Assembly (NCBI GenBank): GCA_963817255.1
Contig: CAWFNT010000003.1
Span: 66,126-130,125, forward strand
Source: an uncultured Actinomycetes bacterium
Lineage (GTDB): Bacteria; Actinomycetota; Coriobacteriia; Anaerosomatales; CAVRZR01
Direction of reading: 5' to 3'
Length of the DNA stretch: 64,000 nt
Shown here: in pieces, positions 8,766 to 18,201 of the stretch
How the letters are laid out: each line of letters begins with the position of its first letter
How positions within the stretch are numbered: position 1 is the first letter of the stretch
Notes under the pieces: model-generated
Told to the model about the DNA's origin: nothing
What the model saw: only the letters and a program-made list of their open reading frames with translations
The model's database searches: none
Program-made: the position numbers and the translations under genes

Positions 8766-9528
8766 CGGTCGCCTCCTCTCCGAGGTAGGCGGCGATGACC
8801 GCTGGGTCCTTCTGGATGAGCCGCGGAGGGCCCTCCGCGATCTTGCATCCCCTGTCCAGGACGACGATCTCGTCGGAGACCTCCATGACCAGTCCCATGT
8901 CGTGCTCGACCACGACGACAGTCACGCCCAGGCCGCGGATCCGGTAGAGCACCTCGGCGAGTTCCGCCGTCTCCGTTCCGTTGAGCCCCGCGGCCGGTTC
9001 GTCGAGGAGCAGCAACCGCGGGCCTGCGCCGAGCGCCCGCGAGATCTCGAGGAGCCTGCGCGTGCCGGCAGGCAGATCGCCCGCGCGCAAGGACGCCCAC
9101 TCATCGATGCCGAGGAGTCTGAGGAGCCGGCTCGCCTCGGCCGACGCTTCGCGATCGCGACGGATCTCGGCCGGAGCACGGACGGCGGCAGAGAGGAAGC
9201 CGACCCGGCGGGATCCCTGCACGCCGACCATGACGTTCTCGAGAGCGGACATCTCGTCGAAGAGCTGCGTGTTCTGGAAGGTGCGGGACATGCCGGCGCG
9301 CACGATGTCGCGCGGCTTTCGGCCAACGATCTCAGCGCCATCGAACATGACCGAACCGCTGTTAGGACGATCGAATCCGGTCAGCAGGTTGAACAGCGTG
9401 GACTTCCCTGCCCCGTTCGGGCCGATGAGTGCCTTGATGGCGCCCTCGTGCACGTCGAACGTCACGTCGTCGACCGCGGTGAGACCGCCGAAGCGCCTCG
9501 TGACGCCTTTGACCGCGAGGAGCGTCAC
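8758..9528 (-). CDS. livG: Branched-chain-amino-acid-type ABC transporter, ATP-binding protein (LivG family)
   Basis: Walker A GPNGAGKST, Walker B LLLLDEPAAG, and the typical C-terminal LivG extension. Confidence 0.85.
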   Translation of the reverse strand: MTLLAVKGVTRRFGGLTAVDDVTFDVHEGAIKALIGPNGAGKSTLFNLLTGFDRPNSGSVMFDGAEIVGRKPRDIVRAGMSRTFQNTQLFDEMSALENVMVGVQGSRRVGFLSAAVRAPAEIRRDREASAEASRLLRLLGIDEWASLRAGDLPAGTRRLLEISRALGAGPRLLLLDEPAAGLNGTETAELAEVLYRIRGLGVTVVVVEHDMGLVMEVSDEIVVLDRGCKIAEGPPRLIQKDPAVIAAYLGEEATDV

Positions 9529-10505
9529 GGCGTGTCACCGGCCTTGGACCGCGCCCGGAACAGGGCCCCTACCCCACCCGGAGCGAACAGCACCACCAGG
9601 ATGATCGCGAGCCCGTAGATGTCGGCTTGATATGACTGCACGAGCTGGGCCGTGTCCTGCGAGATCCCGGGAAGCAGCGCGCCGAGGTACTGGAGGAGTG
9701 TGAGCAGCGCTGCGGCCACGATCGGCCCGGCGAGCGAGTTCGACCCGCCGATGACCGCCATCGCCACGAACGTGACCGACGCGCCCAGGGTGAACACCGA
9801 GGGCGAGACGAAGCCGACGACCGAGGCGTACAGAGCGCCCGCGAGTCCGGCAAAGAGCGCAGAGATGACGAACGCACCGATCTTGATGCCCACGACATCG
9901 ACGCCACTCGCCTGCGCACCGGGCAGGCTACCGTGCAGCGCGCGCATCAGCCGGCCCGGGCGCATCGACACGATGTTCGCCGAGACGAGGATCGCCGCCC
10001 CGGCGACGCCCCACACGAGCCAGTACAGCGTCGATGGCTCCCTCAATACGAACGATCCGATCTTGGGCAACGGGATCCCTGTGAAACCGTTCACTCCGCC
10101 CGTGATGAACTGCGCCTCCACGAAAGCGAGGAAGGCGAGCTCACCGAAGCCGAGCGTTGCCATGGCGAGATAGTGCCCCTTGAGCCTGAGGCTCGGGAGC
10201 GCAAGGAGCAGTCCGCCGAACGCCGACACGATGCCGGCCGCCGCGAAGGCGACGATCCACGGCACGTCCAGGCGCGCGGTCAGGTACGCGCACGTATAGG
10301 CCCCGATGCCCATGAACGCCGCATTGCCGAGTGAGATCTGCCCCGCGTAGCCCAGGAGCACAGCGAGTCCGACCACGACAAGCACGTTCAGGCCGACGAA
10401 GGTGAATATCCTGAGCAAGAAGCGATCGGTCAGCACGAGCGGGAGCGCGGCCAGGACACACGCGGCCACGAACGCTGCTATGCGTCTCCAGCCGAAGCCC
10501 CCCAT
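9525..10505 (-). CDS. livM: LIV-type ABC transporter permease (LivM family)
   Basis: 326-aa polytopic membrane protein positioned between the livH-like and livG-like genes. Confidence 0.8.
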   Translation of the reverse strand: MGGFGWRRIAAFVAACVLAALPLVLTDRFLLRIFTFVGLNVLVVVGLAVLLGYAGQISLGNAAFMGIGAYTCAYLTARLDVPWIVAFAAAGIVSAFGGLLLALPSLRLKGHYLAMATLGFGELAFLAFVEAQFITGGVNGFTGIPLPKIGSFVLREPSTLYWLVWGVAGAAILVSANIVSMRPGRLMRALHGSLPGAQASGVDVVGIKIGAFVISALFAGLAGALYASVVGFVSPSVFTLGASVTFVAMAVIGGSNSLAGPIVAAALLTLLQYLGALLPGISQDTAQLVQSYQADIYGLAIILVVLFAPGGVGALFRARSKAGDTP

Positions 10506-11380
10506 CAGGTCTTCTCCCTCCGCGACGAGCCGAAGAGCCCCTGCGGACGCACGAAGAGGACGACGAGCAGCACGACGAGCGCGACTGCATCCTTGTAGGT
10601 GGGGTTGATGTAGCCGGCGGTAAGCGACTCGAGCACGCCGAGGATAAGGCCCCCGCCTACCGCCGCGACCGGGTTGCCGAGTCCGCCGAGGATCGCCGCG
10701 GCGAAGCCCTTCACACTGATGCCCGGGCCTACAGAGAACGCAGTCTGCGTGAGCGGCGCGACGGCGAGGCCGGCAAGCGCGCCGAGAGCGCCCGCCAGAG
10801 CGAACGAGGCCGACACCATCAGACGGACGTCAACGCCGGTCAGGCGCGCCGCGTCCCGCTGCAGCGACGTCGCACGCATGGCGCGGCCAAAGGCGGTTCG
10901 CCGGTATAGGAACGCCAGACCCGCAACCGAAGCCGCCGTGAGCACCCAGATCCAGACCGTCTGTCGCTCGATGGCAGCACCAAGGAATCTCAGCGACGGC
11001 CCGGCCCAGAAAGCAGGCAGCGGCCGCTCGTCGGGTCCGAATAGGTGAAGCGCGACTTGGCTGAGCACGAGCGAAGCGCCGATAGTGACGATGATGATCC
11101 GCAGAGGGTTGGCATCGGTGATCCGCCTGATCGCCAGTATGTCCAGAAGAACGCCGACCAGGGCGGTCGCAGCGATAGCGAGCAGCGCCGCAACCGGCAG
11201 CGGAAGGCCGTGCGTCGTGAACCACACGCCCAGCATCCCGCCGAGCATGTAGAACTCGCCCTGCGCGAAGTTGATCGCGCCCGTCGAGGCGAAGACGATC
11301 GTGAACCCCAGCGCCAGAAGCGCGTAGATGGAACCGTTCTTCAACCCCGCCACGACGAACTGCGCGAGCGCCTCGTCCAT
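10505..11380 (-). CDS. livH: LIV-type ABC transporter permease (LivH family)
   Basis: 291-aa polytopic protein with a typical LivH start (...GLKNGSIYALLALGFTIVF). Confidence 0.8.
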   Translation of the reverse strand: MDEALAQFVVAGLKNGSIYALLALGFTIVFASTGAINFAQGEFYMLGGMLGVWFTTHGLPLPVAALLAIAATALVGVLLDILAIRRITDANPLRIIIVTIGASLVLSQVALHLFGPDERPLPAFWAGPSLRFLGAAIERQTVWIWVLTAASVAGLAFLYRRTAFGRAMRATSLQRDAARLTGVDVRLMVSASFALAGALGALAGLAVAPLTQTAFSVGPGISVKGFAAAILGGLGNPVAAVGGGLILGVLESLTAGYINPTYKDAVALVVLLVVLFVRPQGLFGSSRREKT

Positions 11381-11412
11381 GCGTCAGTCCGTTGCGCCGA
11401 TGTCGGACAGGG

Positions 11413-12600
11413 TCACTGGAGCGGGACCCACGTTCCGCCTTCGATCTTGTAGAGCGTGAGGTCCCCCTCGGTCAGACCGTTGTGGTCCGTCGCCGAGAAC
11501 GTGTAGTTGCCGCCGAATCCGATGAGGTCCTTGGTCGCCTCGATCGCGGTGTTCAGCTTCTCGCCATCCGCGTCCGCGCCCGCGCGCTTGAGCGCGTCTT
11601 GCAGGATGTTCATCGCGTCGAACGCGTGCCCCGCGAAGATGTCGGGGTCCTCGCCGTACGCCGCCTTGTAGTTGCCCGCGAAGGCGCTCACGACTGTGTA
11701 CTCGTCGCTGTCCTGGCCCCAGGTTGAGGGTACGAGGCTCTTGCCCGTGCCGAACACGAATCCCTCGGCAGCGGCGCCCGCGCCGGTCGGGAACTCCTTG
11801 CGAGCCTGACCCGACCCGCCGTACCAGGGCAGCGTGATGCCGAGCTGCTCCTTGTTCTTGGCGATGGTCACGGCTTCCTTGCCGGCGGTCCACATCAGGA
11901 TCGCTTGGACCCCTGCCTTGGAGATGTTGGTGAGCTGGGCGGACATGTCGGTGTCGCCCGCGTTGAACGTCTGGTCGGAAACGACCTCGATGCCAAGCGT
12001 CGGCGCCGTCTTCAGGATCACGTCGCGGCCGTCTTTGCCATAGCCTCCGCTGTCCGAGATGAGGCCGATCTTCGTGAAACCGTCGGCCTTGATCTTGTTC
12101 ATCACGAAGGGGACGACGATCGTGTTGGACCACGGCGTCTGATAGACGAGCGGATTGAAGGTGGCCGTGATGGCCGTGCCGCCGGCCATCGAGATCTGCG
12201 GGATGCCCGCTCGGTCGATGTCGCCCCGGATGGCCATGGACTGCCCGGTGCCGGTGGCGCCGAGGATCGCGATGACACCGTCCTGGTCGATGAGCTTCGT
12301 AGCGGCCGCGACCGCCTTGGCTTCGTCCGTGGCGTCGTCTTCGATGATGACCTCGATCTGGCGTCCGTTGATGCCGCCGGCATCGTTGATGCGCTTGACT
12401 TCCATCTCGATGGTCTTCTTCTCGGGTCCGCCGAGTCCGGCGTAGGTGCCGGTGAGGGAGAGGATCGCTCCCACCTTGTAGGGTTCCGTCGAGGAACTCG
12501 TACTACCGCCGGACGAACTCCCCTTCCCACACCCTGCGAGTGACGCGAGAACAACGCCCGCGAGCACCAGCCCCGCTACCCGACCCGGCCAACCCCTCAT
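11413..12600 (-). CDS. LIV/aromatic-acid-type ABC substrate-binding lipoprotein (paralog 2)
   Basis: Lipobox LAGCGK and a type-I periplasmic-binding fold. It aligns along its whole length with the SBP at 12680-13876. Confidence 0.85.
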   Translation of the reverse strand: MRGWPGRVAGLVLAGVVLASLAGCGKGSSSGGSTSSSTEPYKVGAILSLTGTYAGLGGPEKKTIEMEVKRINDAGGINGRQIEVIIEDDATDEAKAVAAATKLIDQDGVIAILGATGTGQSMAIRGDIDRAGIPQISMAGGTAITATFNPLVYQTPWSNTIVVPFVMNKIKADGFTKIGLISDSGGYGKDGRDVILKTAPTLGIEVVSDQTFNAGDTDMSAQLTNISKAGVQAILMWTAGKEAVTIAKNKEQLGITLPWYGGSGQARKEFPTGAGAAAEGFVFGTGKSLVPSTWGQDSDEYTVVSAFAGNYKAAYGEDPDIFAGHAFDAMNILQDALKRAGADADGEKLNTAIEATKDLIGFGGNYTFSATDHNGLTEGDLTLYKIEGGTWVPLQ

Positions 12601-12623
12601 GCAGACCCTCTCCTTCCCGAGGA

Positions 12624-12649
12624 GGCCGGGGCGCCTGCACGCCCCGGCC
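12624..12649 (-). other. Perfect 10-bp GC hairpin between the two SBP genes (intercistronic stem-loop)
   Basis: ggccggggcg-cctgca-cgccccggcc lies between the stop of SBP1 (12680) and the RBS/start of SBP2 (12600). Confidence 0.5.
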
Positions 12650-12679
12650 CTCCATTGGACACGACCAACTGAAAGCGAC

Positions 12680-13876
12680 CTACTGCGGCGCCAGAGTCCA
12701 GGTGTTGTCCTTGATCTCGTACATCACGATGTCCTTCTGAGTCAGACCGTTGTGGTCGGTCGGACTCATGGTGAAGGTGCCACCGATGCCGATAAAGCCG
12801 CTCGTCTTCTCGATCTCGTCCCTGAGCGCCGCCGGCGTGATGTCGCCGTCGATGCGCTTGGCAGCTTCGGCGATGATGTGAATCGCGTCGTACGCGTGCC
12901 CGGCGAACGTGCTGGGAGTTGCGCCGAACTCGGCCTTGTACCGGGTCACGAAGTCGGTGGCGATCTGGTACTCCTCTGTGTCCTTGCCATATGTCTCGGG
13001 AATGAGGATCTTGCCCGCGGCAAAGCGAACGCCGTTGGCATCCCCGCCGGCCCCGTCGATGAACTCCTGGCGCGCGTTGCCGTGGGTGCCGTAGAGCGGA
13101 GTCTTGATGCCCAGGGCAACGCGGTTCTTGGCGACCGTAGAAGCCTCCTTGCCGGCGCTGACCATGAGAATGGCGTCGGGGTTGGACTTTTGGATGTTGG
13201 TGAGTTGCGCAGACATGTCGGTGTCGCCCGGGTTGAACGTCTGCTCTGCGACGATGGTCATGCCGTAGTTCGGCGCGAACTCCTTGATGACTGCCGCACC
13301 GTCCTTGCCGAAACCGCCGGTGTCGCTGATGAGGCCCACCTTGGCGATCCCTTGCCTCTTCATGTAGTCAAGAGTGAACGGGACCACGATGGTGTTCGAC
13401 CACGGCATCTGGAAGACGAGCGGGTCGAACTGCTTCGTGATCACAGTCGCGCCAGCCATGGAGACCTGCGGGATCTGCGCGCGATCGATCTCACCGCGCA
13501 TGGCCATGCTCTGACCGGAACCCGTGGCGCCGATGATCGCGACGACCTTGTCCTGGTCGATGAGCTTGGTGGTCGCCGATACGGCCTTTGCCTCGTCGGT
13601 GGCGTCGTCTTCGATCGTGAGCTCGATCTGCTGGCCGTTGATGCCGCCGGCATCATTGATCCGCTTGACCTCCATGTCCAGCGTGTTCTTCTCCGGCTCG
13701 CCGAGCCCGGCGTACGTACCGGTCAGCGAGACCACCGCGCCGATCTTGATCGGCTCCTTGGTCGTGGACGACGTCCCGCCGTCCGTCGTGCTCGACTTGC
13801 ATCCCGCCACCAGCGTCAGCGCCAGCACCGCGATGAGGACGAGCGCGAGCGTCACGTGCCTGCGTGAAACGCTCAT
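12680..13876 (-). CDS. LIV/aromatic-acid-type ABC substrate-binding lipoprotein (paralog 1)
   Basis: Lipobox VAGCKS, and the same domain organisation as 11413-12600. Confidence 0.85.
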   Translation of the reverse strand: MSVSRRHVTLALVLIAVLALTLVAGCKSSTTDGGTSSTTKEPIKIGAVVSLTGTYAGLGEPEKNTLDMEVKRINDAGGINGQQIELTIEDDATDEAKAVSATTKLIDQDKVVAIIGATGSGQSMAMRGEIDRAQIPQVSMAGATVITKQFDPLVFQMPWSNTIVVPFTLDYMKRQGIAKVGLISDTGGFGKDGAAVIKEFAPNYGMTIVAEQTFNPGDTDMSAQLTNIQKSNPDAILMVSAGKEASTVAKNRVALGIKTPLYGTHGNARQEFIDGAGGDANGVRFAAGKILIPETYGKDTEEYQIATDFVTRYKAEFGATPSTFAGHAYDAIHIIAEAAKRIDGDITPAALRDEIEKTSGFIGIGGTFTMSPTDHNGLTQKDIVMYEIKDNTWTLAPQ

Positions 13877-13911
13877 GTTCCGGCCCCCTTACCTTTCTCC
13901 CTTGATCCTGT

Positions 13912-14328
13912 TCACGACTGCGCGATCTCCTCTTGAGATACAAGCCGCACGGGTTGGTCCCGCAACAGCTGCAGCGCCTTATCGACATCGGCGACGTTGA
14001 TGACCACGTTCGTCGCGATGAGGGAGTAGACGTATTCGATATTCACGCCCGCGTCCGAGACGGACTTGAGGACACCGGCGAGCCCGCCCGGTACGTCGGG
14101 CAGCTCGATGCAGATGACATCGCTTTCCTTGACGGTGAAACCGGCGTCGTGCAGGGCGTCCTTGCCCACGTCAGGCTTGTCGACGACGAGGCGGACGATT
14201 CCATAGTCGGCGGTGTCGGAAACGGAGAAACCGCGGATGTTCACGCCGGCCTTGCCCAAGACGTCTGTGACCTCGCTCACCCTGCCGGCCTTGTTCTCGA
14301 TGAACACCGACAGCTGCCTCACGTTCAC
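13912..14328 (-). CDS. Stand-alone tandem-ACT-domain protein
   Basis: Trimmed to the GTG that overlaps the iorB stop (GTGA). The protein (V)NVRQLSVFIENKAGRVSEVTDVLGKAGVNIRGFSV... is a paralog of 31683-32135. Confidence 0.8.
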   Translation of the reverse strand: MNVRQLSVFIENKAGRVSEVTDVLGKAGVNIRGFSVSDTADYGIVRLVVDKPDVGKDALHDAGFTVKESDVICIELPDVPGGLAGVLKSVSDAGVNIEYVYSLIATNVVINVADVDKALQLLRDQPVRLVSQEEIAQS

Positions 14329-14915
14329 AGGTCGCACACCCCCCGTTCGCATGCATCGCGCCCGAGTTCGAACGCGCGCACATTGGCGTCTACGGTCTTG
14401 GGCGGGACCCTCGCCGAGATGACCTCGCGCCAGAGCTCGACCGGGAAATCGAGTCCCGTCGAGAGGGCGCCCATGAGCACTATGTTCGCAGACTTTGGGC
14501 TTCCCGCCTCGCACGCGATCTCTTCGGCGTCGATGAAGATCGCTCCCTCGCCGGCAAGCAGGGCCTCGAGATCCGATGCGGGCTCCACCGCGCCGATGAG
14601 AACTGGAAGCGGCTGGATGACTCGCGCGTTCACAAGCAGTCGTCCGTCCGGCCGCAGATAGTGGATGCGCCGTGCGGCCTCGATCATCTCGAACGCAACG
14701 AGATGGTCTGCCCCGCCCGGGTCGGTGATCGGCGCGAACACCTCATCGCCGAACCGCACGATCGTGTCGACCGAGCCTCCTCGCTGAGCCATGCCGTGAA
14801 CCTCGGAGAGCTTGACGTCCAGACCCGCCGCGGCTGCCGTCTTTGCGAGCACGTCGGCCGCGAGGATCGTGCCTTGCCCGCCCACTCCGCAGAGCATGAC
14901 CGTCGACGTCGTCAC
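14325..14915 (-). CDS. iorB: Indolepyruvate:ferredoxin oxidoreductase, beta subunit
   Basis: MLCGVGGQGTILAADVLAK is typical of IorB. The GTG start overlaps the iorA stop (GTGA). Confidence 0.85.
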   Translation of the reverse strand: MTTSTVMLCGVGGQGTILAADVLAKTAAAAGLDVKLSEVHGMAQRGGSVDTIVRFGDEVFAPITDPGGADHLVAFEMIEAARRIHYLRPDGRLLVNARVIQPLPVLIGAVEPASDLEALLAGEGAIFIDAEEIACEAGSPKSANIVLMGALSTGLDFPVELWREVISARVPPKTVDANVRAFELGRDACERGVCDL

Positions 14916-16729
14916 CGCGCACCGCCCAGATCGCACGAAGGACCGACGTGCACGATCGCGTCAGACGCGCAGACTTGGGGGCACTGCCCGCATCCGACAC
15001 ACACCGACACATCGATGACCGCCATGCCGTCATCGCGCTTCTCGATGGCCGGACAGCCGAGCTTGATGCACGCACCGCACGCTGTACAGAGCTCTTCGTC
15101 GACTGCGTAGGGGTCGCCATACTCGCGCACGAGCAGCGCGCAGGGCGCCTTCGTCACAAGCACGGACAGCTCGTCCGCAGCGATCTCCTCGCGAATCGCC
15201 GCCTCCGTGGCTGCGATGTCTTGAGGGTCGACCGTCCGCACGCGCGGCACGCCAAGCGCGCGAGCGAGCGCCTCGATATCCATGGCCGCACCCGGGCGAC
15301 CTGAAAGTGTGAGTCCGTTCACGGGGTTGCCCTGATGGCCCGTCATTGCGGTGATGCGGTTGTCGAGGACGATGATCGTGCCTCCGCCCCCGTTGTAGGC
15401 GGTACCCGCGAGTCCGGTGATGCCCGAGTGCGCGAACGTCGAGTCGCCGATCACAGCCACGACCGGGCGAGACCCGGTGCCGCCCGCAAGCTCGATCCCG
15501 TGCGCCATGCTCACGCTCGCGCCCATGCAGACACACGTGTCCATCGCCGAGAGGGGCGGAAGGGCTCCGAGCGTGTAGCAACCGATGTCGCCCGACACGA
15601 CGGCTCTCACGCGCCGAAGCGCTCGGAAGACCGGCCGGTGCGGACAACCCGGGCACATGAGCGGCGGCCTTGGCGGCAGACCCTCGACCAGGCGCCTGCC
15701 TTCGCCGGGCGAACCGCCGAGGGCACCTCTCACGATGCCCGGCGAGAGCTCTCCGGCGATGGGGAGCACGCCCGGGGTCTTTGAGAGTGTGATGCCGAGC
15801 GCGCGCAACGAGCGAGCGAGGTAGTCGTCAGCCTCCTCGACGACGTAAAGGTCGTCGACGGACTCCGCGAAGTCCGAGACCTTGCCTTCGGGAAGGGGGA
15901 AGCTCATGCCGATCTTGAGCGTCGACGCCTCAGGCATCGCTTCTCGCACGTACTGGTAGACCACGCCGGAACAGATGACCCCGATCGACGTTTCGCGCAT
16001 CTCGACACGGTTGAGGCCGGTCTGCTCGGCGAACACCGCCAACGCTCCGATCCTCCGGTCGAGCTCACCACGCCGGGTCTTCGCGTTCGCGGGCAACATG
16101 ACCCATTTGGCGAACTGCGACTCGTAGGCCGGACGCTCCGCCGGCACGACCCGCTCCCCAACCTCCACAAGCCCCTTCGAGTGCGAGAGGCGGGTCGTCG
16201 ATCGGATCAGCACGGGTGTGTCGAACTCCTCGGAGATCTCAAAGGCACGCCGGGTGAACTCGAGGGCCTCCTGGCTGTCAGAGGGCTCGAGCATCGGCAC
16301 GTGCGCGAAGGCAGCGTAGTTGCGCGAGTCCTGTTCGTTTTGGGAGGAGTGCATGCCCGGATCGTCGGCGACGAGGATGACGAGGCCTGCCCCGACGCCG
16401 GTATAGGCGAGCGTGAAGAGCGGGTCGGCGGCGACGTTCAGACCTACATGCTTCATGGTCGCGAGTGCGCGAGCGCCGGCGAGGCTCGCGCCTGCCGCCA
16501 CCTCGAGGGCGACCTTCTCGTTGGGCGCCCATTCGGCGTACACGTCCGTGTACTTCACGAACGACTCGAGGGTCTCGGTCGAAGGCGTGCCCGGGTACCC
16601 CGCGCCTACGCGCGCACCAGATTCCCAGGCGCCACGGGCGATGGCTTCATTGCCTGACAGAAGGACGCGGGCCACATAGGTCCTCTCGACTGCATGGGCA
16701 TCCAGAATGCCGCATAAAGGTGCACGCAT
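14912..16729 (-). CDS. iorA: Indolepyruvate:ferredoxin oxidoreductase, alpha subunit
   Basis: LLSGNEAIARGAWESG N-terminus, a TPP-binding region (GDSTFAHSG), and C-terminal 2x[4Fe-4S] motifs (CTACGAC...CVGCGQCPQVC). The exact start is uncertain; an alternative is near 16675. Confidence 0.88.
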   Translation of the reverse strand: MRAPLCGILDAHAVERTYVARVLLSGNEAIARGAWESGARVGAGYPGTPSTETLESFVKYTDVYAEWAPNEKVALEVAAGASLAGARALATMKHVGLNVAADPLFTLAYTGVGAGLVILVADDPGMHSSQNEQDSRNYAAFAHVPMLEPSDSQEALEFTRRAFEISEEFDTPVLIRSTTRLSHSKGLVEVGERVVPAERPAYESQFAKWVMLPANAKTRRGELDRRIGALAVFAEQTGLNRVEMRETSIGVICSGVVYQYVREAMPEASTLKIGMSFPLPEGKVSDFAESVDDLYVVEEADDYLARSLRALGITLSKTPGVLPIAGELSPGIVRGALGGSPGEGRRLVEGLPPRPPLMCPGCPHRPVFRALRRVRAVVSGDIGCYTLGALPPLSAMDTCVCMGASVSMAHGIELAGGTGSRPVVAVIGDSTFAHSGITGLAGTAYNGGGGTIIVLDNRITAMTGHQGNPVNGLTLSGRPGAAMDIEALARALGVPRVRTVDPQDIAATEAAIREEIAADELSVLVTKAPCALLVREYGDPYAVDEELCTACGACIKLGCPAIEKRDDGMAVIDVSVCVGCGQCPQVCASDAIVHVGPSCDLGGAR

Positions 16730-16898
16730 GATACCACAGCACCGCAGGTCAGAACGGCAAGAGACTCGTCAGGCCGGGCGAGCGGCGCGCGCCGGGCGGC
16801 AGGCGGCGGATGTCGCCTCCGACCTCTTGGGCCTCGAGGCGGTGGTACCCGAGATGCCGACGTCGGGAGTGCCGCCGCTCCGAACTCCCGGCCGCGTC

Positions 16899-18023
16899 TT
16901 AGAAGCGGCGACCGCCGACGTAGTCACCACGCGATGCGATGCGCCCGTTCAGGGACGCGACCTGCACGTTCTCGCCCGTTTGGGGTGCGTGCAGGAAACT
17001 GCCGTCGCCGATGTAGATACCAACGTGGTGCACTTGGTTCGAATCGCCACCATAGCCGAAGAAGACGAGATCGCCCGCGCTGAGCAAGTCGAGCCGGTCG
17101 GGTGGGATGTAGGCGCCGGCCGTGAACTGAGATCGGCTCGTTCGAGGTATGTCGATTCCTGCTTGGGCGTAGACGTACTGGGTGAGGCCCGAGCAGTCGA
17201 AGCCGACCGGCGATGAGCCACCCCACACGTACGGCACTCCGAGGTACTTGAGCCCGATCTCCACGACTTCGGGGTGCCCTGTCCCGAGCGTGCCCGCGTC
17301 GAAGTGCCGCTCGTTCGCCGCGTTGACCGCCTTGCGGCTCGCCGCGGCCCTGGCTGCGGCAGCTGCTGCAATAGCAGCGCGCCGCGCTCGCTCGGCAGCT
17401 ATCCGCGCCTGCCTCGCTCGCTCCTCACGAATGAGCTGCGCGACCTCGGCGTTCAGTCCGCGCAGGTAGTCGTCCTGACGCTTGACCGCGATCTGCACCT
17501 CGGCGTGTTTGAGGCGTGCGCGCTCCCTGAGGGCCGTCTGCTCGGCCTCGCGCGTTTCGAGCATCCGCTCGGCGCTCTCGACGCGTTTGACGGCTGTCTT
17601 CACCGAGGAGACCGCCTGCGCGTCGGAGCGGGCCACATGTCTCATGAAGTCGAGCAGCGACAGCAGATCGCCGAAGTCTCGCACGCCGAAGAACACCTCA
17701 ACGATGCCCACGTTGCCCGCTCGGTAGATCTTCGCCGCGCGATCGGACAGAGCCGTCTGCGCCTGGTTCAATTGCCCGCGCGCCGCCTCGAGATCCGCTT
17801 GCGTATCGGCAACCCGGATCCGGGTCTTGGCGAGATCCTCGGTGATCTGCTGATACTCCTCGCCCCGAAGCTCGAGTTGTGCTGCCAAGTCATCGAGACG
17901 TTCCTGAGCCGCAGCGGCCTCACGACTCTTCTCCTCGATCTGAGGCGTCGAAGGCGTCGCGCGAGCAGTCGCAGACGTGCCGACCAGGGCCGCGAGCGCG
18001 CAGGCGGTCACGGCGAGCCGCAT
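16899..18023 (-). CDS. Secreted coiled-coil NlpC/P60 (C40) peptidoglycan endopeptidase (RipA/CwlO-like architecture)
   Basis: Signal peptide MRLAVTACALAALVGTSATARA, a long coiled coil, and a C-terminal NlpC/P60 domain (GVPYVWGGSSPVGFDCSGL...HVGIYIG). The start is taken at the ATG at 18023; a GTG at 18050 is possible. Confidence 0.85.
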   Translation of the reverse strand: MRLAVTACALAALVGTSATARATPSTPQIEEKSREAAAAQERLDDLAAQLELRGEEYQQITEDLAKTRIRVADTQADLEAARGQLNQAQTALSDRAAKIYRAGNVGIVEVFFGVRDFGDLLSLLDFMRHVARSDAQAVSSVKTAVKRVESAERMLETREAEQTALRERARLKHAEVQIAVKRQDDYLRGLNAEVAQLIREERARQARIAAERARRAAIAAAAAARAAASRKAVNAANERHFDAGTLGTGHPEVVEIGLKYLGVPYVWGGSSPVGFDCSGLTQYVYAQAGIDIPRTSRSQFTAGAYIPPDRLDLLSAGDLVFFGYGGDSNQVHHVGIYIGDGSFLHAPQTGENVQVASLNGRIASRGDYVGGRRF

Positions 18024-18201
18024 TAGGGATGTGCCGGCGGTCGTTCTCACGCGTCTCCTGCTGGGTATGTGCTGCGATGCCTGCTGGTCCGTGCATGGCT
18101 TCTTGGTGAGTATCGGCGGCAACCCTATGCTACCATAGATGCCACTCTACCTGCGGCAACGACCCGATTCGGCCGCACATCCAGGGATTCCGGAAGAGAC
18201 A

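Noticed and set aside
18024-18201. Possible ydaO/c-di-AMP riboswitch in front of the cell-wall hydrolase genes
   Set aside because: The leaders are only ~60-110 nt and lack the conserved ydaO core elements as far as I can read. An Rfam scan is needed to be certain.
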